Assembly (NCBI GenBank): GCA_010093815.1
Contig: ML996568.1
DNA: 64,000 nucleotides
Strand: one strand, 5' to 3'
Origin: Pseudovirgaria hyperparasitica
Lineage: Eukaryota
The position numbers and the translations under genes were made by a program. This document shows, one piece after another, positions 26,801-36,819 of the stretch; within the stretch, counting starts at the first letter, position 1, and each line of letters starts with the position of its first letter. The notes under the pieces were generated by a model. That model was given only the letters and a program-made list of their open reading frames with translations. It did no database searches and was not told the origin of the DNA.

Positions 26801-27560
26801 GGTTCCCGCTAGTATAGACTTAATATAGATATAGTAGTCGGTGTTCCCTCTATAGGGAGGTAGCGCCGACGCCTTTTCCTTATTAAAGAGATCGTGGTAG
26901 ACGTATAGCATTAACGGGAGCGGGCGCCTATCCTCCATAAGCTTAGTCGTATCCTAGTTAGGTACTAGAGGTAACTAGGGGAGTATAAGTTATAGGAGGC
27001 GGGTAACGTCGCGGATACTAGTAGCGACTACTCGCCCACGGCGGTAAGCCGTCTCTAGACCCCTAGGAATACGGCCCTTCTTAGTAAGGACCCGGATGCT
27101 TATTAGGCGCCTATGGGTATTAATATCCCGGGCTATAAGGCCGTGGGCGCGGTAAAGCGTGATTTCGTCTACGCGTATATCGATAACGGCGCCGGCCTAG
27201 TAGAGCCATAGGCTCCCGAGGATAAGGTCCCGGTCTAGCCTAGGTACTATATAGGCGGTAAGGCGTTATCGCTACCCCGCGATATTATACTAGATAGTAA
27301 TAACTTCCGTAATCTCCGGTTCTAACGCTCCGTTAGCGGCGAGAGCCACTTAATAACGTAGGACCGAGATACGCGACTTAGCTACGTCCGCCGTAAGGGC
27401 CGGGCTAACTACCGTAAAATACTCGCACTCTATATCTACTAAGGCGTCTATATACTTCCTATCCTAGAGGAATAGCGATATAACGGGTGGGGGTCTATCT
27501 ATAACCTAAGCGGGCGCGCTATCCTCTAGGTCGGAGCTGTTATCCGGGTTACCTATAGCT
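23830..27560 (-). pseudogene. RIP-degraded pol (PR-RT-RH-IN-chromodomain)
   Basis: De-RIP motifs: ALVDTGCEC (~27445-27420), AYLDDI (~26337-26320), FWSQISMDFMTDLP (~24995-24955), chromodomain VLVKWKG (~24016-23996). Confidence 0.9.
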
Positions 27561-27599
27561 TCGTTCCTTACTAAATATAGTAACGTCCCCTAACCCGGG

Positions 27600-28830
27600 C
27601 TTTAGTAGAGGGCTATACTTCCCCCGCCTCGGAGTTAGAATTAGTATTATTCTAAGCTAGGGCCGTAACCTTAAGCGCTCATATATTAATAGCGTTTAGA
27701 TAGCCCCGGTATTAGTAGCTAGCCTAGCTATACCGGGTATATACGCCCGCCGTACGGCGCTCCTAGAATAAGTCCTTCGGGATCCACGAAGGAGTCTCTT
27801 TCTTCTTAACCCTATCTCTACCCTTTACTATTAGAGACGCGGCTCGCTTCTTACCCTTTATCTTAACGGCCTTAATAGCGACCGCCGACATCGTCGTATT
27901 ACCGTTCTTATCCTTACTAGGCCTATTTTAAGGTGCGGCGCTTTACCTAGTACGGAGCCGGAATAACTCTATATCTATACCGATATCCCGAAGGCGGCCT
28001 ATAGCGGCCTCGTACTAGTCCGGAAGGCCCCGGTTTAGAGCTACCGCCTAGGTCTTCTAGTTAAGGCCGTCCCGGAGCTATATAAGCTTCTAGTCATCGG
28101 CCTAGTATATTCCCCTAGCCTTCTAGAGGGCGGTATAGAACCATACGAAGTACTCTATGAACGGCTTCTTTACCTTTTATATAATTATATTTAACCGCTA
28201 GAGGGCCCGCTCTTTAGTATATATGTCTCCGAACTAGAATTCAAGGTAGTCTAAGAACGCGTGCGGGTTCTAGTCGCCGTTTAGCCCCCTAGTAGAATAC
28301 ACGGCGCTAACCCCCCTCTATACCTTAGGCGCTAGGTTAGCCTAAATAAGAGCTATTTAGTCCCTATGGGTGCCGATAAAGTTAGCGTCCCGGGTAATCT
28401 TATACCGTATTATAATAGACTATATACGGAAGAGGGCCTTAGACCCGTTATACGGGTCGCTAAGGGGGAGGGGCTTCCTCTTAGGAGCCCGGTCGAGTAT
28501 AATATATAGCGTAGGAAGTAGTAAGGCGGGAGCGCGTGTAGGAAAGGCTAGTTCGGGCCTATATAGACGTTAGGGCGCTACTAGGGAGAAGTCGGGCTAG
28601 GGTAGAGACGAGTCGCTATAAGTTAAGGTAGCGGGAGTATAGCTATATAACTCGACCGTAAGGAGGCGGGCGTTAATACGTTATAGAGCCGTATAGACGC
28701 TATATTCGATATTAGATATCCGAGACTCGCTTACCGCTTAGGCGGCCGTAATAGACTCGTGGATGGACCGTATCTCGTCCCGAAAGCTAAGGAAGGAGTT
28801 AGAGAGTTACCGTATTAGATTAGAGTCTTA
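27600..28830 (-). pseudogene. RIP-degraded gag
   Basis: CTRCGQAGHQYRGC (CX2CX4HX4C) at ~27742-27701. Lies between the 5' LTR and pol. Confidence 0.8.
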
Positions 28831-28893
28831 CGGGTTAAGACTATCTTATACTATAAGACCACGTATAGAAAGAGATAATTAAAGTTAAATTAA

Positions 28894-29095
28894 TATAATA
28901 GATATAACTAAGGTGTTACTATAATGGTAACTAAGATATATTATAATTTAACTTAGAGAGAATAGGGATAAGCCGTATGGTTATAGCTTTAAGTATAGTC
29001 TTAAGCGAGGTCACGTGATACCCCTATACTAGTCTCTATCCGTCCCGGCTCCGTTATATGATACTAGAGACAAGGCAAAGCCGAAGTCCATAATA
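28894..29095 (-). repeat. 5' LTR (202 bp)
   Basis: Matches 21345-21546. Confidence 0.95.
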
Positions 29096-29357
29096 GTATT
29101 CGCCTAGAAATATTAATTAGAGTAGCTAATTAACTATAGTAAACTTACTTTAATAGACGCTACCTATAGAACTAATAAGCTAAGATAGTATCTATATATC
29201 TAGATAATTTAGGACTTCTATAGTTCTTATCTCCTGTATATATATATACTATCTATATTAGAGGAGAGTAGAATACTTACCGCTATAATAAAGATACTAA
29301 GGTATTAGTATTATAAGATTCGACCTTATAGTAATAGCTAGTACCTATAGTACTTCC

Positions 29358-29585
29358 TATAAGAATAGGGTTATTAGATAGTAGTATAGTTAGATAGAAT
29401 AATAGGGTATATTCTATTATAGAATAAATTACTACTAAACCCTTTTAGTAGAAATCTAAGAGTATATATATAAAGGGACGCCGATCTATCTAGTACGTAA
29501 CTATTTACCGCCCTTTACGCTACCTTCTAACCCTATTAGCTAAGGTACGTGCGGATTAGATCATGCCTAAGACTAAGTTCTAACA
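29358..29585 (-). mobile_element. Solo LTR (228 bp), inverted orientation
   Basis: Reverse complement of 20528-20755. Flanked by TSD CTTCC (29353-29357 and 29586-29590). Confidence 0.95.
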
Positions 29586-30779
29586 CTTCCTTATGGATGA
29601 CTCGGCGGCTAAGTAGTATATAATTAATAAAGCTTTTCCTAGTATTAAGAAGGGTATAATAAAGCTAATATAGTTTCTTTATATGGTATACTTCTAGTAT
29701 ATAATTAAGAAAAAGGTAAAGAATATAGATATATAGAGATTATTAAAATAGGTAATATACTAGTATATATAAATTAGCTATAACGAGTTACTTAATAAGA
29801 TAATAAATATTACTATAATATATATACGTCTACGAGATCTAAAGTATCTAAATTCTTTAGAGATACTAGCGATTAAGAAGAGCTAGTAAGTAGTAGTAAT
29901 AAGGGCGAGACTTATAGATTTATAGAGAGATTCTAAGCGTTAATTTAAAGTTAAGTAAGCTATAAAAAGTAGTAATAGGAATTCGTCTATACGTTCTACT
30001 ACTAAGATATCTTCTAGTACTAAAAGGTAACTCTCTAGCCTAAAAAAGCCTAGTATAAAGTGTGGAAAATAGGGACGTCTATCTAAAATATCTTTAATAG
30101 TATCTATAATACTTATTTATAACTCTATACTACTAATAACGACTAATATACGGCCTTAAGATACTTAAAATAGCTAGAATCTATAAGTAGAAGGTACTAG
30201 TCGTTCGAAAAAGCTACTATTTAACTTACCTAAGTATATATAGATATATTAGACGCTAAAGAAGTATCTATAGACGATATTTATATGGTAATACTTACCT
30301 ATATTACTTTAGATTATGACTATAAATATTATTAAAGCCTAGTACTCTATAATTAAAGTACGTACCCTAGTAATAAAGAAGATAATAGTAAAGTTCTCTA
30401 TTACTAGCCTTATTCTAGCGCTTAATTAGTAAGTTAAAAGTTAGAATATAAGGAGTAGAAAACGAGTAACTAAGTTCCGTACTAAAATACTTAGCTTAAG
30501 TTATTAATATCTAGGCTTAGAAGACTTTCCTCTACTATTTTAGAAGCTTCTAGATATAGAGATTTAATTCGCTTAGCGTGAAGTTAATAATAGTATAGTA
30601 TTAAAGCCGTAGAGAGACTCTATTAAGTATAACTATCTTTTTTTTAGATAGTATATCCTACCCTATTACTATCTCTAGTACTACTATATACTATTTAGAG
30701 ATATACTTAATAGAGATATACTCTATAGCTTTAGTCTTAAGTTCGAAGAAGCCGGGTATAAGGTATATAAGATACTTAG

Positions 30780-31007
30780 TGTTAGGACTTAGCCTTAGGT
30801 AGGACCCGACCTACACGTACCTTAGCTAACAGGGTTAGGAGGTGACGTGAAGGGCGGTAAACAGTCACGTGCTAGATAGATCGGCGTCCCTTTGTATATA
30901 TACTCTCGGATTCCTACCGAAAGGGTTCGGTAGTAATTCGTTCTATGATAGAATACACCCTATTGTTCCATCTAACTACACTACTATCCAATAACCCTAT
31001 TCTTACA
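30780..31007 (+). mobile_element. Solo LTR (228 bp)
   Basis: TGTTAG...CTTACA flanked by TSD CTTAG (30775-30779 and 31008-31012). Confidence 0.95.
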
Positions 31008-32011
31008 CTTAGTTAAAGAGATAAGGATAGTAATATTAAGGAGATAGCTATAAGCTTAGTATAACGAGAGACTCGCGATATACTCTAAGTACGTAAGATA
31101 ATTAATAAACTAAGGGCTATCTAGTATAATCTACTTAAAGATTTATATTAGTTTAAGCCTAATTAGAGTAATAGAATAAGGCTAGGGTAGATAAATAGTC
31201 TATCTACGGCGATAGATAAACTTACTTAGATATCTACTCGAGATCTCCTTAATAAGGATAAGTTTAATAGAGTATTAGATAAGATTTAAGGTACTAGTAC
31301 CCTTATACCTAGTAATAGTAATTCTAAGGTTAAGGACTTAATACTATAGGTTAAGTATATAAAGGAAGCTAATTATATTATTAAGGAAGGCCCTAAAGTA
31401 ATTACTTATATATAACTTCCTAAAGTTAATAGTAATCTCTTAATTAAGGCTACTTAGAATACCCTTATTAATAAACTACCTCCCCTAGTATTTAACTATA
31501 ATCTAGAATTATACTAATTTTAGAATAGAATATAGAACCTAGATAAAGGTAATAGTAATAAGGTTAGTACTAAGGATACTTATAATAGTAATAGCGACGG
31601 CGATATTAGTAATAATATTATAATTACTAGTAGTAATAAATTATATAAGTAGATAGACTTAGTACTTAATACTACGGATAATAATAGTATAGATAAATTA
31701 AGAAGTTATAATATATTAAGGATATAAATAAATAAAGATAATAAAGATAGATAAGTATAGTATATACTTAATACTTAAAAACTTCTTACACTCCAACGGA
31801 CTAAACTAGTCAATTCGGGGTAAAACAGCGATTTACATATATTAAACGATAGAGTACACCGAGTATAATAACCTCCGATACACGTGTATACGTATAGTAT
31901 ATAATACGCGACGATACCGACGTGTAGAGATACTATATATATATACTCGAAGACTCTTTAATAACACGAGTATAGACTATATCTAATAAACGCTAATACG
32001 CCGACCCCCTT

Positions 32012-32042
32012 TTATTAGTTAAGGGCTACCCTTAACTAATAA
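32012..32042. repeat. Shared palindrome, copy 4 (14-bp arms), immediately 5' of LINE ORF1
   Basis: TTATTAGTTAAGGG-CTA-CCCTTAACTAATAA. Confidence 0.95.
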
Positions 32043-32044
32043 CT

Positions 32045-33470
32045 ATAGCGGCCTTAGGCATCGTAATACCCCGGTATACACCGGATATACCCCTACTAGT
32101 ATAGTAGAAACGGCTATATAGCGACATTAATATAGATAGCTAGACACCTATCTAAAATATAGGAACTAACCAAGGGTACGAAGCGCTATAGATAACCTAG
32201 ACTAAGGGGACCCCGAGAGGGGAGACCCTCCTAGATAAAATTAAATACTAGGTAATATATATAGAGAGGGACGCCGAGAAGAGAAAGAAGACCCTCCTTT
32301 ATATATTCCGGGACCTTATCCGGAATCTAAGAGGAATCACGAAGGAAGAAAGGAAGTCGCTATAAGAGGAACCTAGTAGTAGACTTAACTAAATGGAAGC
32401 TAGTCTACGGAGAATCTAGGAAGAGCTATTCTAAGGTAAGCGCCCTAATATATAGGCTTAGATTATAGTAACACCCGGAGCTACCGTACTAAGAACTACT
32501 AGGACCATAGATAGAGTATATAGTATACGTGTTGTAATCTAGGATAAGAACATGCTAGCGTAGGTCTAATAGGTATCCCTAAAGGAAATTATAAATAAGA
32601 TTAATAAATAGAAAGGAATATGGTTAAGCGTCGTGGCTACTAAAGTTACGCTAGGTAGGGTAGTACTTACTACTATAATAAATACTACGTAGTAAAACAT
32701 CTCGCGAGATCTAAACGCGATAGATAGTATCTTCCCTAGCGTGTCTATTAGGGTAGCTATATACCCGATTATAGTATACGTAGTACCCGTGTAGGGATAG
32801 ACTATTAGAGCGGAGGATATTACGCGTATAGAATAATCTAACACGCGAAAATACCTAGGGATTAAGATCGTAAAAGCGTGGTAGAAGAACCTATAGGCGA
32901 TTAAGACGACGGCGAAAAAATACTCTACTATAATTATAGAGCTCTAAGACCCCGCCCTTATATAATATATTATATAGAAGGGATTCCTAATAGAAGGAGA
33001 GCTCCTTATAGCCGAGCTATAGGATAGAACATAGATAATAATATAGTGCTTTAACTATTAAGGGTATAGACACACTATATAAAGGTACTTATAGAAGACT
33101 AAGTGCGGATAGTACCGTGGGGACCACGCTACCTAGGAGTACCCTTATAAACCATAAGGAGACGGACCAAGAAATAGAGACATAGTATAGTGTTTAAACT
33201 ACGATGGGAAATACCCGTCGTGGTCGTTAACGTGTATAAAATATAAATAGGTTATAGAATACATTCGCACGATAAAAGCGAGAGACACGAGATAGTTATA
33301 GAATATAATACCTACCACAAGCCCTTCCTTTATAACACCCCTAACCTCCCCTCCGGAAGGTAGTTAGGCGGGATAGTAGACTATTCTAAAGACGATAGAA
33401 CGACTAAAAGGTATAGTTAAAGCCGCTACCGCGCGAGGATAGTCGCGCCTCTAAGGAATAAGTATATAGG
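32045..33470 (+). pseudogene. LINE ORF1 (gag-like, three zinc knuckles), RIP-degraded
   Basis: De-RIP motifs: QCFNCQGYGH (33044-), KCGWCRGDHATQEC and QCSNCDGKHPSWSSTC (to ~33236). Start ATA<ATG at 32045 is inferred and the end is approximate. Confidence 0.85.
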
Positions 33471-33499
33471 TATATATACTCTCTAGTACCTAATAAGGG

Positions 33500-36400
33500 A
33501 CTAGAATATACTCTAAATTATATAGGTAAATATATAATATAAAAGAGAGAACTAGGTAACGCTCCTCGAAGAGACCGGGGCTATAATACTCGCTATCTAG
33601 GAACCCTATAAACACTACTAGACGAGTAAACCAACCACACACCCCGGATACTATACTATACACCCTCTAGGACTAGAAAGACGAGTCCTCTTCCACATTT
33701 ATAGGTTAATACGACTCTTATTATAGTTATATACCGAGCGCGATAACCTTAGGATAACACTACACCTATAAATAGATATAGGCCCCCTATATATATAATA
33801 TATATAACTAATAACGTATACTTATACTAGACGAGATACTCGAGGGTACTACGGAACTAGGATAATATATCCTCCTAGAAGACTTTAACCTCTACTACTA
33901 ATAGTAGGGAGGCCTAGCCATAGTTAGGGAAGAACTTAGAGTAAGGGAACTACGCACCCGCTACTACGACTTTCTATACCTACTTATACCTATAGAATAA
34001 GTTATATAGAAAAAATATAAATAGGACGAAGACGGGTCCATGCTTAACCTTACCTTTACTATAGAGTATATTAGTTACCGGATCCAATACTACCGCCTAG
34101 GCTAGGTATAGACGGATTCCGACCACGAATACATGGAAACCATAATAAATATATATACCCCGAATAAATAATAGGGACGATAGATATAGAAGGACACTAA
34201 CTAGGAAAAGTACCTAAAGGACCTAGAATCGGCGATTCTAGATCCCTCTATAGTTAATATATCTAACGATCTAGCTATAGACCAGGCCGTATAGATACTC
34301 CTATAAATATACTAGAATATAAGAAATAAACACGTACTATACCGAATATACCGGCCCCTAGAAGTAAAGGGGATTCCTTAAGTATAGGAAAGTAGATAAG
34401 ACGTCTAAAGGCTATATAGACGCGTATACTATACGAGAACACCCGAGTCGTAGAAAGAATAGAAGGAAGTAATATAATAACGCGATAAAGTCCTCCGTAA
34501 TAAAAGGCGTAAATAGTAGCGTATAATTACTAGTTAATAGATATGATACGTAATAGAGCTATAGTACATGGCGAAATAGGCTAAGGGCGTAGACACTCCG
34601 ACACCCCCGCTACTTATACCTCCCCTAATATATTAGAGGAGAATATACTCCACGGGCCTTAAGAAAACTAAGGCCCTATAGGAGGCCATGTTCCCTCTCC
34701 CGGAACTAGTAGACCTATTAGATATTCACGGCGCCGAATATCTACACGCGGTAGATATCCCTAAAGAAGTTACGGAGGAGGATATACTTAATATTATTAA
34801 GATACTTCTAAATGATAAAGTACCCGGACTAGATAGAATTCTAAATTAATACCTAAAAAGTACTATAAAAGCAACTCTACTACTTATTACTTATATATTC
34901 TAAGTATACATCACGTAGGGGTACCACCCCTAGAGCTTCCGAGTCGCCTATACTATTATACTCCCGAAACTAGAAAAGAGCCCTAACTCCCTAAAGGGAT
35001 AGAGACTAATCGCCCTTCTCTTCTACCTAGATAAGATACTAGAGGCTATAATAGTAAAGAAGATAAGTACCGCGGTATAGGAATATAATCTCCTCCCTCC
35101 GAACTAGAAGGTAAAGATAGATAGCTCCCTAATAATAGCTATCTAATATATTATTAAAGTCGTCTAGGCCGCATAGAAATAGGGACGGGTAGTATCGCTC
35201 CTCTCCCTCGATATAGCCGGAGCATTTAATAAGGTAAACTATATAAGACTTATTTATAACCTCCGGATAAGACGAATACTAGAATAGATTATACGCTTTA
35301 TATAGTTATTCCTCATAGGAAGAATAACTTAGATATATATCCCTAGGTACTAGAGTAAATATAAAGAGATGGTATACGGCATCCCATAAGGGAGTACTAT
35401 CTCTCCGATTCTATTCCTCTTCTTTATAGTAGACCTTCTTTAAGAAATAAAGTATATAGAGGTAGTCGGATACGCTAATAATATATACCTTCTAGCTATT
35501 AATAATAATACTAACCGAACGTATAGACGACTAGAATAGGACTACAAGAGGTACCTCTAGTAGGTAAAACGCCATAGAGTAAAGTTCGCCCTAGAGAAAT
35601 ACTAGCTTATACACTTTATTAATTATTAAGAGAAATAGGTAATTAGGGAAGGCGAACGACGCCCCCGAATCGACGTATTTAATAAACTACTAGTATAAAG
35701 TATACGCGCGCTCGGAGTTATACTAGATAGCAAGCTTAAATAGGGACTATAAGTAGTATATACCGTCTCTAGGGCCCTCTAGATAGAAGCCGCTATATAA
35801 TAGATTATAGCCTCCACGTAGGGAACTACCTAGGATAAGGCACGCTAGCTATATATATCTATAGTACGACCCGCCTTTATATACGGACATAAGTACTAGT
35901 ATACGGCCCTTATATAGACTAGATAAATAAAGCTCGAATCTATATAGAACCGTATACTCCGTCTTATATTAGGCGTATATAAAGCTACTAATATGGTACT
36001 ACTACGACGCGAGATAGACGTTATAAGTATATATAACTTCTACTAGATATAGAGGGTAGTATACTTTACTAAATAATAAGTATAGAAATATATAGAAAAC
36101 GTAGAATATACTTTCGCCGCGCTATATATATAAATTAGTATATATTACCGCGCACTCCTATATATAGGCCGGAATTAAATACGGTATAGGTGCTTAATAG
36201 AAGCTAACTCTAGCTAAGTAGTATAAGAAGTCCGAGATAACCTAGACGCTCTTCTAGACTAGTAGAGTCTTTAAGAACTCGTAAAAAATATACGGTCGTA
36301 GACTTAAGATAAGTAGAAAGAGACACTCTATATCTACTAGACCTTCTAATAGAATAGGTACCTAGAGTAGATTTAAGGGCTATAGAAGGAACTAAGTAAA

Positions 36401-36814
36401 TAGATATATAAAGGGCTAACGAAAGCCTAAGTATCTATACTTATCTAAGCCCGAACGGGCGCTATAGAACTTCTATACTACATCTATAAGAGAGGCGTTC
36501 CTAATACCTCCCTATAGTATAAGGTATATAGCCGGAGAGGTATAATACGCTACTATCTAGCTATATACTCTAACCTCTATATATAATAGTAATAGCTTAT
36601 CTATATTATAAAGACTTTAGATATCGTATAATAGCTTAATAAGTACCCTAAGAACATCTCCTAATAGATACTTATATATCTACTACTCCTCTAGTACTAG
36701 TAGACCCAGAAATATATACCGGAAGAGACCCGGTATACGCCGGTAGTAACCCGATATATACTAGAAGAACCCCGGGAGAACCCCGATTATTAGTTAAGGG
36801 TAGCCCTTAACTAA
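33500..36814 (+). pseudogene. LINE ORF2 (APE endonuclease, RT, C-terminal zinc finger), RIP-degraded
   Basis: De-RIP motifs: LAIQEP (33589), LLGDFNLHH (33872), DSDH (~34115), KAPGPDGIP (34817), WRPIALL, LDIAGAFDKV, GIPQGSAISP, GYADD (35468), KFAPEKYQLIHF. A small indel lies between 33600 and 33870. Confidence 0.92.
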
Positions 36815-36819
36815 TAATC
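36785..36819. repeat. Shared palindrome, copy 5 (16-bp arms), at the 3' end of LINE ORF2
   Basis: GATTATTAGTTAAGGG-TAG-CCCTTAACTAATAATC. Confidence 0.95.

Larger units (their letters stand above)
21345..29095 (-). mobile_element. Complete chromovirus Gypsy LTR retrotransposon (7,751 bp)
   Basis: 202-bp LTRs at 21345-21546 and 28894-29095. 5-bp TSD GTATT at 21340-21344 and 29096-29100. Confidence 0.95.
20756..31770 (+). mobile_element. RIP-degraded Mutator-like (MULE) DNA transposon, interrupted by several retroelements
   Basis: De-RIP motifs: SKA...CPA...HN (FAR1/WRKY-like, ~21130-21225), LMDATHGTNKLGWYLYTWMIRD..G (~29150-29223), YF|LMDDSAAEQ split by a solo LTR (29350/29591) and FLCMVH (CxxH, ~29655-29690). 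It probably continues after the LINE to ~37260. Confidence 0.75.

Noticed and set aside
29353..31012. Target-site preference from the TSDs CTTCC and CTTAG
   Set aside because: The two solo LTRs are in opposite orientations and two sites are too few.
11212..32844. Short ORFs listed in the AT-rich block as real genes
   Set aside because: They are stop-free fragments or antisense shadows of RIP-mutated TE frames. For example 11212-11412 is the cargo linker and 13131-13325 is the integrase tail.
36719..36785. 10-11-bp periodic CCGG as a helical-phase signal
   Set aside because: Explained more simply by a 21-nt (7-codon, TRHTPEE-like) tandem repeat at the end of ORF2.
9348..36819. Palindromic ~33-bp repeats as a CRISPR array
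   Set aside because: The copies are kilobases apart, there are no regular spacers or cas genes, and the context is eukaryotic.
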